From Felis catus (Eukaryota), in NCBI RefSeq assembly GCF_018350175.1, contig NC_058368.1, forward strand, positions 55,926,001 through 55,990,000: DNA of 64,000 nt, given 5' to 3'. The notes beneath the pieces were generated by a model. That model made no database searches. It saw only the letters and a program-made list of their open reading frames with translations, and was not told the DNA's origin. The first letter of the stretch is position 1. Each line of letters starts with the position of its first letter. Positions 1-12,772 of this stretch are shown here, one piece after another. The position numbers and the translations under genes were made by a program.

Positions 1-27
1 CTTGAAGCTAAAAAAAATCCGAAGATG

Positions 28-230
28 GCGCGCCTGAGTGGCTCACTGGTTAAGTGTCCGACTTTGGCTTAGGTCATGACTTCACAGTTCTTGAGTTTGA
101 GCCCTGTGTTGGGCTCTGTGCTGACAGCTCAGAGCCTGGAGCCTGCTTGGGATTCTGTGTCTCCCTCCCTCTCTGCTCATCCATTGCTCATTCTCTGTCT
201 CTCTCTCAAAAATAAATAAACATTATAAAA
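28..230 (+). mobile_element. CAN-SINE (SINEC)
   Basis: GGCGCGCCTGAGTGGCTCA head, CT-rich tract, AATAAATAAAC tail; degenerate TSD aaaatccgaag / aaaatccaaag. Confidence 0.93.
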
Positions 231-1465
231 GAAAATCCAAAGCCAAGAAAGAACTGTTTAAAATGTGGCCCATAATGTATTTTTTATAGAGGTAATCTAA
301 AAACTTACACAAAAAGCTTCCCAAAAGGATTACTGTAAACTGCTAATTTTTTAATAGTTATAGAAGAGTTTTATGCCCAATCCATGAATATTGGGAATAA
401 AAGACTGTATGGAAAAATTATTTTTCAAGAATATATTTTATATTATAATGATTAGTTATATTGATAAATGCTACTTCTAAATAAATAAGTCAGATATTAA
501 GACATCCAAACATTTAAATATTTACCTCACGGTGGAGAAAATAATGTATTAAAACTTGACTCTATTTGTTGCTATGTAGTTTCAGTCTCTCACACAGTGT
601 AGTGAATCTACCTAAAGAAATATTTATAGAATGCAAAGTTAGTAAACAACAATTCCAGGAGCACAGTTGATGTTAAATGTGATTTGGGAATCTGAACATA
701 TTATCGTTACTCATTTACCCTATTATTTACATTCGAAAGTAAGTTTACTACAAAGGAATGTAGTGGAATTCTTGGTATTAAGAATAAAGAAATTGATTTT
801 TTGAATTAATTTTCTTTAGCCAAAATTAGGACATAAGATACACACATTTTCAGACTACATAATGATTTTACAAGATGTTCCAGCAAGGTAAGAGAACAAC
901 CGGTATACATTTCAAAAGTCTTCAACAACAACAAAAACTTTAATACTGAGTTCCTTGATTAACAATACCAATATAATGAGACTTACTAACAACCAGTGGT
1001 CGCTTTCAACAAGAGTCTGCTGTCTGGTAGCTGCAGAAAATTAACCAAGCACATTACCTTGAAAATACAATAATTCCTGAGTTATATTTGCTATAAGGCC
1101 CTCTCATCATTCTACTCTGGATAGAATGCTGTAACTGGTATGCAGCTATTCAGTTGTGATATTAAAAGTATTTAATATTACATGCAGAAATGGCCCCAAT
1201 AATGACAGGGCCATAGTGCTAAATCATATTGGTTATTGGTTCTTGAGGAATCGTGGGTATGAACTCTGAAGTTAGGGAAAATGGAGGATTTTCAACTTAA
1301 GGCAAAAAGTATTTTCATTGTTTTGAAAATGGAATAGTCAACAAATTTCCAACTTGAACATTAATTTTGCAAACCCAGGACTACAAAAGAAATTATTTTA
1401 TCCTGAAATCCAATTATATTGATATTGCTACATTTCTAACTCCCAGGTTTAAAGGGAAATTTTCA

Positions 1466-1649
1466 GGGCCCGTGGGTGGCTCAGTTGGTTAAGCATCCTG
1501 ACTCAGGTCATGATCATGTGGTTCACGGGTTCAGTCCCTGCATCGGGCTCAGAGCCTGAAGCCTGCTTCAGATTCTTGTGCTCCCTCTCTCTCTCTACCC
1601 TTCCCACACTCACACTCTGTCTCTCTGTCTCTCTCTTTCAACTGAAATT
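1466..1649 (+). mobile_element. CAN-SINE, diverged, internally deleted
   Basis: SINEC head and CT tract; TSD aaagggaaattttca / aaaggaaaattttca. Confidence 0.9.
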
Positions 1650-2305
1650 AAAGGAAAATTTTCACTCAAGTGAAAAATTATACATATTTAAATATAACAT
1701 TAGAAACATAAATACACAGGAGGGTAAAAATTTTAAATCTTTTTAATGTACACAGTAAAATAAGCTTCATTTTTGAAATTTCATGATCAAAATTATATGG
1801 AATTTTTGAACATAATTTTTAATTCAGAAGTTGTATGAAATGTGTCTTTAACTTAAACTACTATCAACCGCAGCTGCAGGATCCCCTTATAGCAAAATTA
1901 TCCAAAAATATCTTTCCAATCCACCATAAACTGATACTTATCTACCAAGTACTGATGACTTCTGCATCAGTGTAGGAAGTAACAGTGCTAAGAAATTAAT
2001 ATTCCTGTGACATAATGCCCCAAATTAAAAAAATATTTAAATAAACATAATTAATATTTTTTATGAAATTCAGATTTAGTCATCTCTCTCAGCAGTTCTC
2101 TGATTTATGCCTCAGCCTCTGCTGAAATTTAACAATCAGGCATTTGGTGATTTGCTACTATGTATATTTTGGGCACACTTATTTTCCCATGATGTATTTT
2201 TAAGAAACTGAATCAAAATAAAGAGAAATGTATAAAATATAACCTACTTTTAAATCAAGAAATAACAGTAGTCCCAAGTGTGCATGTGTGTATACATATA
2301 TATAC

Positions 2306-2306
<1 letters not shown>

Positions 2307-2341
<35 letters not shown>
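2307..2341. repeat. (CA)n microsatellite
   Basis: direct reading. Confidence 0.97.
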
Positions 2342-2343
<2 letters not shown>

Positions 2344-2369
2344 TGCATACACACGCATACCCAAGAGCC

Positions 2370-2770
2370 ATGGAGATGTACTGACCTTTTATCTCTTAAG
2401 GAGAGAATCTGCTGAGAAGGACTGCAGTTAGCTGACAATAGCTAGTATCTCTCCTCTCAGCATCTACTTTAGTGTTTGTGCTTTGGCCATATCTCCCTAG
2501 GCTGATCACATGGATGACTCAGTATATACTATGATGTGGGAATCTTCTAAGAGGCTATTTTCTCCTGGCCTCCCATAGTCCTGGCTGGGATTTTCTCATA
2601 ACTGCCTTTCAACCTGAGACTCTGTCTGTCCAATCCTCCTTCCTCCTACCTCTCCTTTCACATATATCAGCGCAAAATTGCGGTTTGGAGGCTCTGCCTG
2701 CCTTCTCTTGTACAGTCAGTCTCTCCCTTAGGATTTATGGCATTCCCACCTCCACAACTCTTAAACAATT
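2370..2770 (+). mobile_element. Old ERVL-type solo LTR fragment (LTR40-like)
   Basis: motifs ctgcagttagctgaca and caatcctccttcctcc...tttcaca resemble the recalled LTR40 consensus. Confidence 0.5.
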
Positions 2771-2779
2771 TATCATTTT

Positions 2780-3390
2780 CTTTATTTTGCTTACATTGCT
2801 TTTATATTGCTCTTTCTTGATTTGGCAGCTTAAATAATTTATTTGAGGTTTGTTTGCTTTTTAACTTTGATTTAATGTATGTATTAAATGCTATAAATGT
2901 CCATATCATCATTGCTTTAATTGTGCAGTGTGTTTCCCAGATTTTAGTATCTTGTATTCTTATTTTCATTCTGATCCATGGATTATTTATAATTGTGCTA
3001 TTTAGTTTTCAGTCTTTGGAGATTATCATATCATCTGTTACTGATTCCTACTATGATTCAGTTGCTTGGAGAATACATTTTATGTTTTTGGTTCCTTTAC
3101 ATTTGTTCAGGTTTGTTTTATGGTTTAGGGCGTCTATCTTGGTGCATATTATGGGGAGGCTTAAAAAAGTGTATATTTTCTTGGTGTTGGATGGAGTATG
3201 CTATACATGTCAATTAGATCCTGTTGGTTGATACTTTTGTTGAGTTCTGATATATTCTTGTTGATTATGTTATGTAATCAACTGGTTATAATTAATTGTG
3301 CTAGCAATTATTGAGAGATGCATGTTAATCAATTTATAATTATAGATTTATTATTTCTCCTTTCAGCCCTACCAGGTTTTGCTTCTCTTA
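2780..3390 (-). mobile_element. Old L1 (L1M) ORF2 endonuclease-region fragment
   Basis: T-rich antisense L1 motifs (aatgctataaat...ttgcttta, tcttggtgcatatt...aaaagtgtatatt). Confidence 0.7.
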
Positions 3391-3779
3391 CCTCTCCTCC
3401 TCCTCCTTTTCCTCCTCACAAAACTTCCTGATCATTTAAAATTTATTAAGCATATTAATTCACATTGAGTGTTCATTGATAATGGGTGCTAATTACATTC
3501 CAAGACTGAAACACTCTAGAAAATAATTTTATTCCAACACATGGTTAAAATCTGTTTATTAATATTTATGGTGATTTCTTGGTGTGCATGTGCATAAAAT
3601 AATATGCTGTTTTATTAAATCGGAAAATAAAGAAGTTTGATTGAATATATTGGAGACTTGAAAAAATATATCAGGAAATAGGATCTGGAATCATTTAGAG
3701 GAATAATTTAAATATTTAAAGAACAATTAAATTAAAACATATAATTGGGAGTGTAGGGAAAGATGCCTGCTAGGCCACT

Positions 3780-4400
3780 AGGAGTGTGATTGTCAGATCA
3801 CATGGCAAGACTATGTTTAGCTTTGTTAGAAACTTTCAAACTGTCTTCCAAAGTTTTTGAACTTTTTATATTCCCACTAGCAATTGTTGAGAGTTCCTCT
3901 TGCTCTACATGGTCTCCAGAAGTTAGAGTCTCAGAGGTTTTATCTTTTTTGTTTTAAAATTTTAGCCATTCTAATATGTGTGTAGTTGCATCTCATAGCT
4001 GTTTTATTTATTTTTTATTTCTTTTGTAGTATTATCTCATTTTTAATTTCATGAATATGTTGTTTTTGTGTTTTTTTCGATATATGAAATGTATTGTCAA
4101 ATTGGTTTCCCTACAACCCCCAGTGCACATCCCAAAATCTGCCCTCCTCAATACCCATCACCCACTCTCCCCTCCCTCCCACCCCCCATCAACCCTGTTT
4201 GTTCTCAGTTTTTAAGAGTCTCTTATGCTTTAATCGACAGTTTCCTAGTCACAAATGAGCTGAGCACCCTTTCTTATGCTTATTTGCCAACTGTTTGTCT
4301 TATTTGGTGAGGAGTGTGTTTAGTATCTTGCACACTTTTAAATTTAGCTTTTTGTTATATTTTATCATTATGTTATGGAGTTCTTTACGTTTTATTTCCT
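3780..4400 (-). mobile_element. Old L1M 3'-region fragment, interrupted by a young L1
   Basis: caaactgtcttccaaag...ttcccactagcaa...ttagccattctaat; resumes after 4227 with tgagcaccctttc. Confidence 0.8.
4002..4227 (-). mobile_element. 5'-truncated felid L1 3' UTR with extra 3' sequence
   Basis: ttgtcaaattggtttcc...cccagtgc...catcaaccc...tttaagagtctcttatg matches the same L1 3' end seen at 17060-17160 and 50630-50780. Confidence 0.88.
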
Positions 4401-5059
4401 TTACCACATATGGGCCAAATTCTTCCAAAAAGTATGAATGTCAACATCTTACATAGTCATACAAGCAAGGAAATACAATGTTTCAAAGATGCATAGACAA
4501 CCTTACCAAGTAAATAAATCTTGAGCTATAAAGGAAGAATGAAAGTGATGGGTGAAAAAGAGGCCGAAATCTGGTACTGACAGTGTGGACAGAGTTACTA
4601 AAGCATCAAGGAAAATGGAATATTAGAGACATCTAAAAAGTCCTCTGTGTGTAAGACATGGAATGATGACAAATAAGGATGCAGTATTTTCCAAGGGTCA
4701 CAGTTTGCTATGTTTTCTGTTCATTTAGGAATAATAAATAGGGGATCAACATCATCTAATTTGTTCTTTAAAATGAATTTACCTTCTTCAATTTTAACAC
4801 TTACTGGATTAAATAATGTATGGATGAGGAAGATTAGTTACGAAATTATTGCAGTTTCCCAGGTATGACATGATGGTATCTTGGATTAGGTTATCATAAA
4901 AGATAAAATCAGCGAGACAGACCTGTATATTGTCTGTGTGAGAGAAGGAGAGCCTTCTCTATTTAGGGCTGGTGGAATTTGATGGCTGATCTTGGAGTCC
5001 ATTGTTAAATGGAAACATTGGAGAGGCACCGAAAGCAGTGGCAGTTGATGAGTTATGCT

Positions 5060-5185
5060 GTGGACCAGAAAGTTGGGGGCAGGGGTAAACAAGAAGAATA
5101 TGGTATGAAGGACTCCAAGGAAAGAATGGTTCAGAAAGGAAACCACAGCCAGTTGTGTCACTTGCTGCTTAGTGAGCATATTACA
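5060..5185 (-). mobile_element. L2 fragment
   Basis: ccaaggaaagaatggttcagaaagg...tgtgtcacttgctgct resembles antisense L2. Confidence 0.5.
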
Positions 5186-5312
5186 AGCTAGATTCAGAAA
5201 TCCTTTATATGCTGTTGGTTATGTCAAAAGGAGTCTGAGTGTTGAAGATATTAAAGAGCAGGCACACAACAATTATGTGTAAGACCTTATCCTGCTTTGG
5301 GATAAACATTAA

Positions 5313-5314
<2 letters not shown>

Positions 5315-5358
<44 letters not shown>
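5315..5358. repeat. (TG)n microsatellite
   Basis: direct reading. Confidence 0.97.
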
Positions 5359-5361
<3 letters not shown>

Positions 5362-6571
5362 GTTTTTGCCATTTTGTTTTGCATTATAGAGATATTGAAT
5401 CCTGAATTTGTTGAGAAGCTGTAACCCAAACTGGGATATTTCTAAAGAAGTTGTACAGAACACAGAGACTTGCGTACTGAGGCATGTTGATGAGGATGTA
5501 AAGCTTTAGCCCAAAATTCTTCCACAGGGCACTTAGTCCTAACAGATATGCACTGCTATAGGTGACACTCAAGGATTTAACACCTCTGCTCTATTTCTTA
5601 TAAGACAAGCTAGCTGTGTGACTTTTTTGGACTCTTTCTCCAATTCCACAGTGTAAACTTTCCTCTAAAATTAGCATTAGAAAAGAGAAAACAACCAAAA
5701 AAAATTAAACAAATGAGTCCTCAAAGAAAAGATAACAGTTGCCCCAACACACCTTTGTCACATACCAATCCCGTTAAATCACCTGCCAGAAATTTGGATG
5801 AATTGTCTTTATTTGGTCTCTGTTCTTTCTCAATAGTGAAGAATCTAGGAAGCAATAGGAAGGAAACCTTGAACTCCCTCGACAGAAGACAAGAATCATC
5901 TCTAAGTATAGTTACCTTATGTTAATTTTAAACAGAACTTGCTGTATCAAGTAATATTTTCTGTGACCTTATAGTTGTTCAAGTGCTGATAATAAAGAGC
6001 TTAGGAAAAATGCTATCATTGTGCACCAGGAGAAGAAACTTTCTGCTTGGATCAAAAACACACCATATACACTAAAATAATTTAGCTTTCCAGATTCTTT
6101 GCTTGCTATATAGCCAACATTGTCTTTTCACTTAAACAGTAAAATTTCTGAAGTTTTTCATTGTTTTTGGTGCTATTGTATTTTTAAAAATAAATGCTCA
6201 ACAAAGCTCTAAAGGCATTTAGTAGTAATGGAATGGCTGTTAATATGTTAACAGCATTATGGAAAGTAACTAAAATTCCTTCCCTTTGTGGCCATGCCTC
6301 ATCTAAATTTAGGAGCCATTAAATAGGATCCAGAAGCAATTGGAGTGACATTCTTGACATATTGATATAACTCTGGACAAATCAAGCTTGAAGTATGTTA
6401 ATACAAATTATATTCCCCATGGTGATGTCTTGCTTTTTTTGTCACTATTATTTCTCAGGCCTCCCCAGCACATAAAATGCCACTGTGATATATTGAGCAA
6501 TGAATGTCAATATTCATGCAACACTCAAAAGAAAATGCTGAAAAGGAAAACAGTATGTGAATCTTACTATG

Positions 6572-6641
6572 ATATATATATATATATATATATGTATGTA
6601 TACATATATATATATTTATAGACACTGTATATATAGTATAT
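6572..6641. repeat. (TA)n-rich low-complexity tract
   Basis: direct reading. Confidence 0.9.
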
Positions 6642-7685
6642 AGACTTAAAAAATTTGTTATAGTAATAAAGCATTGTTATATTAATGTATAGAATTCCTC
6701 TTGGTGAAGTAGCGAGAGTAACAACTTCTGGATGTAGAAATAGGGAAAAAACAAAAAGACAAAATGACATCTTCCTTGAGGAGATTAATTTAGAAAATGG
6801 CATCCTACTTGGCAAGTAAGCTTGGGTTGGTGAGCCTTTGCAGGTGCATGGTACTTAAACTGCCCCTAATATTACAAATTTGGTAAAACTGTGGAATACT
6901 AAATGTGGGAAAACTGTTCCTATTATAAATTTTTCTCTACAGTTTTGTTTCTGTTAACCATCCATTGTTGACTCACCAAGAGCAAAACTTGTACGTGACA
7001 GTCAAGGGTTTTCATATTTATTGCAATTTATAAGAGAGATTATGAAATGCAAACTACTTAGCAAAATCCAGCTGAATTAATGACCATGCTTGCCTTGTAC
7101 TATGAAAACCTCAATTTATTGTCAAAATATAGAATGTATTTTAATGAACTGAGAGAAGTTATTTGAATTTGAAATTTCTACTGATAAAGTACTTTCTCAT
7201 AATAGAATATTAGCTGTCCGTTTATTAAATGAACTTTTTAAAACTAATGTTCAGTCTGTGAAGTTTCAAATTTTGCACTAAATCAATGAAATTATAAATC
7301 AGGGATATTTTTACATTTTATGGAAAATAGATTTAACTGAATATTTTAACTTTAAGGAGCAAAATAAATGAATGTTATCAGAAATTATCCCATTCTAATT
7401 CATAAATATTTGGATATGTGGGAGTACTTTATTTTTAAGAAAACTTTGATACAAAAACTTTCTTCTGTTAGGTAATGAAACACTAAGTAGCAATGACTAT
7501 TTGGCAGCCGATAAAATGAGTTTATTTTCTTACTTCTATTAATTTGAACTGAAAAGATAAGAAGTTGGAGATAAAAGAGTATTTGTAAATAAAACCATCT
7601 GTGTTTACTTTCCCAAGTATTGATTCGTGGCCATTTTAAACTTATCAATTCAAGAGACATGTCTATATTAAGAGTGCTAAAAGTT

Positions 7686-7903
7686 GGGGCGCCTGGGTGG
7701 CGCAGTCGGTTAAGCGTCCGACTTCAGCCAGGTCACGATCTCACGGTCCGTGAGTTCGAGCCCCGCGTCAGGCTCTGGGCTGATGGCTCAGAGCCTGGAG
7801 CCTGTTTCCGATTCTGTGTCTCCCTCTCCCTCTGCCCCTCCCCCGTTCATGCTCTGTCTCTCTCTGTCCCAAAAATAAATAAACATTGAAAAAAAAAAAT
7901 AAA
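7686..7903 (+). mobile_element. Young felid CAN-SINE (SINEC_Fc type)
   Basis: CpG-intact body; TSD agtgctaaaagtt at 7673-7685 and 7904-7916. Confidence 0.97.
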
Positions 7904-8651
7904 AGTGCTAAAAGTTATAACTTCTTTACTTTATAATATCTTTTATGGAGATGATATGATCATCTGGAATGTTGTGTGTGTTTCCTCCACTGATGGCACA
8001 ACCCAGAGTGCTGTAGCTGTCCCTTGGAAAAAAATATATTTCTCCACAAGATATCGAGGGAACATTAGATACCTGCACGTAGGCCCATCATCCCATATGT
8101 CCCAGCATGCTGCCTGTTATTGCTGCTGGTGTTGGTCAAGAATTTTATGACACTAAGACCTAAAGTGGTCACTCTTCTTCTTTACATTCCACCATGAAAG
8201 TTAAAATCTTAATGTGGAGGTTGAAAAAATTTCATGTCATAAACTACAGAAAGTACTAACAATAACAATAATAAGGCAGGCTGATGGGGGTTTGATAGAA
8301 CTCCATTTTTCCTTTGAAACTTTCTCCTTGGTCTGGTTTAGGAGTGTGATTTGCATGGGCAGTGAACAGAGTTCTCACTCTTGTTAACATGTGAGATAAT
8401 CAGAGAAAACCCACCTTTCTTTTGGTCTACCTTTTAAGACTCAACATAGCTAACACCTTCCTTTCAAGAATTCTGTTCAGTATGTTCTCTAGTAACATAA
8501 AATTACACTCAGGAGTTGTTCAGTGCTTCCATTTTTCTGCTTGTGGAAGGAGGACTGAATGTTTCTCTTGTTGCTGGCCACTTGATAAATGGGCTGCTTG
8601 TACCATGAACTGAACATTTGCAGGATGTGAAAAATACTGGGCTTCTGGTAG

Positions 8652-9176
8652 TGATGGGTCCTTCTGCCTGGCCCCAGTTCTGGAGTTCAGCCAGCAAAGA
8701 ATTCAGAGCCAAATTCTTAAGTAAGCCAGCAAGCATTTAATGATGGTCAAAGTGAAAGTACACTCTCAAGGGGAAGAGCAAGCAGGCCCAGAGGTGGCAA
8801 CTGTGCCTGGGGTCAGGGTTGTCTTGTTTTTTATATTTGTATGGGTTATGGGTCATTGCTAGGGTGCTTTCTGACTAAGTTTGGCTCCAGTCATCTAACG
8901 GACTAGTTGGGAGGAGGAGTTTTTGGCTCTATATAGCCTTTGTGGGAACTGTCATGGCAATCATCCACCACAAAGGGAGGTCAGAACATCAGTGTAAATG
9001 TATTATTGTGAAACTATAGGTTGCTTTAGAGTAGTACTTATCAGGAAGATTACATGCATGTTCCATGGGGTTTTCCCTGCTATTTAAGCTCCAGAGATGG
9101 TTTGTGGTTTCTATCTTTTTCAGCGGTTGGACGTTTCTGTTCCCTGTTCCTATCTAGCTAATTGACTGATCTATCA
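8652..9176 (-). mobile_element. ERV1-type solo LTR (carnivore/laurasiatherian)
   Basis: TG...CA termini; minus-strand ATTAAA signal and gagagtgtactttcact motif typical of ERV1 LTRs. Confidence 0.65.
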
Positions 9177-9429
9177 TAATCAACTGGAAAAGGTGAGAAG
9201 CTGTAGGTTGGATGTCCATAAAATACATTTGGGAAGTGAGGCTAAGATGTCATGCCATGAAGTTTAGAGAGAGGTATCTAAATATATTTGCTATAATAAT
9301 TTTATAATTTGTTGTATGATTTTAAATGGTACATTATATGACAGAGATTAATTTTCTTTCATATACTCTTAATTTGCTAAAAAAAACTTACATGATTCAC
9401 CAAAACTTAAAAAATAAAATGTAGTTACA

Positions 9430-9800
9430 TTTTAGGCTGCTATATTAGTTGAATTATAATTTCAGGAGCAGAGAAGTTAGTCTCACGGTTCTCTGTTTAG
9501 ATCAATCTATACATGTATTCTTCTCAGTTCGCAGTGTTATAATTTTAGGAAATGCATTCATACACCAGAGTATGTCTAAAAGATTTCAAAAAGAATTTTG
9601 ATATATTCATAAACTACCAAATTGTGAACTCTGAAGGGTAATTGCATATTTCTCATTGGATAAGATAAATTTGTAATATAAGCAAGGGAAAAAAAGAAAT
9701 TCCACTCATATAGAAAAGCAGTCATGTAGATACAGAGGGCAGACAAGAACAAATGAATAAAATAACTGGATTATGTATCAAATAAAATATATTTTGTACT
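9430..9800 (+). mobile_element. L3/CR1 LINE fragment
   Basis: tattcttctcagttcgcagtgttataattttagg...ccagagtatgtcta resembles the CR1 RT 3' region. Confidence 0.55.
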
Positions 9801-10099
9801 TTTTTTAGATGTTCTAGCAGGATTCCTATCTAGATGAGGTCAAATTTGGTCTTGTGCTGACTGTTTCAGTTCTGACTTCTTTGACTCAGAAACAAGACAG
9901 AAAACCTGTCTTCTCCTACTCCAACAAGCACAATCTAAAGTCTGTCAAGTGCAGACACATGTGATTTCCCTCTAATATCCAGTATCATGTCCCATTGCTA
10001 TTGTAAGCCTCTTTAGAAACCATAAGGACTACAATTATACTTGAACAACACTTGATTTAAATAAGGGATGCATCACTACTTTCTTACTTCTTCTTGACA

Positions 10100-10446
10100 A
10101 TGTCAAGATCATTTTGCCGCATGCCTTTACATTGCTTTTTTCTCTGTCTGAAATACTTGCTCTCTAATTCAGTGTCCTCTAATGCTTGTCATTTAATTCA
10201 AATTTTTGGCTCTTTCTCAGAAGCCTCCTTAACCTCTACCTGTCCATGAAATTGTATCATATTATTTTTCCATATTTAATTCAAATATAGACATCTGAAA
10301 TATTGTTAATTTGTATTTTTGTTTATTACACCTTTTCAAGATTGGACGTTAACTCTGAGGATCTCATATTGTTCATTCAATGCTCTAAAGCTCAGAACAG
10401 TGCCCTGGAAATGGGAAGTACTCAAAATGATTGGTTGAATGAACAA
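10100..10446 (+). mobile_element. L2 3' end
   Basis: cagaacagtgcc...gtactcaaaatgattggttgaatgaa terminus. Confidence 0.75.
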
Positions 10447-10481
10447 AACTCAACCCATATAATAATCAAAATATAGCCAGG

Positions 10482-10793
10482 TGTTTAAAAATTATTAAAG
10501 GAGACAATTTCAGTGATACAAACTTTACTTAATACTTTAAAAAGAGGACTGCAAAATGGTGCAGAAGGCAGGAAGCTCTTATAGGATAAAGAAGAAAGAA
10601 CAGCAAGATATAAATGGAAAATATCTGATTGGCTGGGGCCACACAGTCAACCTTGTTTGGGACAAGAAGGCCCATATTTGGCATTTGAGGATTAGCTGAC
10701 TAGATATACTGTGTTTCTGTTCAAGGGACATGAAAGTTATCTTTTGGTTTTTTGTCTTGGCACCCTAGACAGGTCTAGCATGTTATTTCAACA
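10482..10793 (-). mobile_element. Short ERV1-type solo LTR
   Basis: TGTT...AACA termini; minus-strand CCAAT (tctgattggct) and TATA-like (cttata) elements. Confidence 0.6.
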
Positions 10794-10833
10794 CCAATAT
10801 AATCTGGTTATAGTAAAATTTCTTGAAGAGTAC

Positions 10834-11046
10834 TTTTTTTAATTTTTATTTATTTATTTCTGAGAGAGAGACAGAGAGCATGAGCAAGGGAGGGGCGGAG
10901 AGAGAGAGAGGCACAGAATCCAAAGCAGGCTCCAGGCTCTGATGTGACAGCACAGAGCCCAATGCAGGGCTCAAACTCACGAACTGTGAGACCATGACTT
11001 GAGCTATAAAGTTGGATGCTTAATTGACTTAGCCACACGGGCACCC
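10834..11046 (-). mobile_element. CAN-SINE
   Basis: antisense SINEC; TSD tgaagagtacttttt / tgaaaagtaattttt. Confidence 0.95.
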
Positions 11047-11351
11047 TGAAAAGTAATTTTTATCACAGTGTTCTCAGATATTATAATCGTACTTCACAAT
11101 AAGTTGTTGGCATTTTAGAGCTTCTGCTGCAAACTTGATTTAGAAATCTTAATACATACACATATGCATAACTAACTAAATATCCTAGGCCTACAAAGGT
11201 ATCTTTACTTATAAAAGATTACACTGTGAGAGAAACATTGTAACTTTTCTAATATTCCAACTAGGACTTGTTACATCAAATACCTATGAAGGGAAAACAT
11301 TTCAATAAATGAGGGACATTGTTATCACACAATCCTTCAATAGTGAGAATA

Positions 11352-11570
11352 GGGGCACCTGGGTGGCTCAGTCGGTTAAGCGTCTGACTTCGGCTCAGGT
11401 CATGATCTCACAGTTTGTGAGTTTGAGCCCCGCATCAGGCTCTGTGCTGACAGCTCAGAGCCTGGAGCCTGCTTCTGATTCTGTGTCTCCCTCTCTCTCT
11501 CTCTCTCTGCCCCTCCCCCTCTCATTCTCTGTCTCTCTTTCTCTCAAAAATAAATAAACATTAAAAAAAA
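11352..11570 (+). mobile_element. CAN-SINE
   Basis: full body; TSD agtgagaata on both sides. Confidence 0.96.
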
Positions 11571-12252
11571 GTGAGAATAAAACAAGCTACTCATGTTAAA
11601 TCATTATCAAATTATCTTCACCAAATCTCTTTGGCTAATATTGCTGTGTATGTCCAAAAGAAACTGTTCAAGGTCTTTTCATAAAGTTTCCTTTTCTGAA
11701 AATAGATGCACATTTTTAAAGATAAATTTATTTCAAATTCAAACAGAAAATTAACTAATTCACTTCTTCTTTGTGTATTGAGAGCTACTGAGATCAAGGC
11801 ATTATGCCAATTATATAATATCAGTCCTTTTTTTAAAATATTTTTTAAAAAATATTTTTCATTTTCTGAGGGATAAAGATTAAACATATTAGCAAAATGT
11901 AGAAGACTGTTAATATCACATTTGTCTACTTTTTCTCTTCATTGCTTGGCATACTCACCCTCATGAAACTCATGTCCACTCTGTTCCATCCATGCTAAAG
12001 TATGGCAAACTGTATGAGCATGATATAATCGTTTTCACCAATACCTGGATTTCACTTTGGTTGAATCACTTTTCTTCTTCAACTGTTTGTTCATCCTTCG
12101 AGACAGATCAGATGAGTTTTCATCTCTGAAGGACTCCTTGATCTCTTCATGCCTCTGTTTGTGGCATAGAACTTTTAAGAATTTTACGTGAAGTTAATTG
12201 TTTATAGATCAACTTTATAAGTATTTGAAATATAAATAATTTGTTATGATCT

Positions 12253-12447
12253 TTAAAAAAAAAACTTTTAATGTTTATTTGTATGGGGGGTGGTGGGTGC
12301 AGAGAGAGACTGAGACAGAATCTGAAGCAGACGCCAGGCTCTGAGTTGTCAGCACAGAGCCCGACATAGGGCTGGAACTTAGGAGTCATGAGATCATGAC
12401 GTGAGCTGAAGTCAGATGCTTAACCAACTGAGCCACCCAGGTGCCCC
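12253..12447 (-). mobile_element. CAN-SINE
   Basis: antisense SINEC; TSD aatttgttatgatctt / aattagttatgatctt. Confidence 0.94.
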
Positions 12448-12772
12448 AAGAATTAGTTATGATCTTAATTGAATGCTGAGGAGTTAAGAGTAATGTGTTA
12501 TGAAATGAGAGGACATAAAAGATAAATTCCAATAGGTGAATTGGCACTAGGTTAACAAGAATATAGGTGGGCTTTCTGTCCCGTAAGGATTTATAATCCT
12601 TATACAAGGTGGGGGAGGAAGGGAGGGAGAGAGGTATATGAAAATGTATCACACAAACACAAAGGTATATTACACATTACATATCAATGATAAATTTAGT
12701 AATGCAGAAATCCAGAGGAGTGTCTATCAAAGAGGACATTGAAAGTTATTTGTGAACGAATTATGATTTAAT

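Noticed and set aside
6236..6255. Hairpin gctgttaa-tatg-ttaacagc
   Set aside because: An 8-bp stem is expected by chance in 64 kb and is too short for a pre-miRNA
7686..7770. tRNA-like A and B boxes
   Set aside because: SINE heads derived from tRNA; no complete cloverleaf gene
7620..7889. Recurring similar ORFs (GAPGWRSRLSVRL..., WVAQSVKRLTSAQ...) suggesting a gene family
   Set aside because: All are translations of CAN-SINE copies
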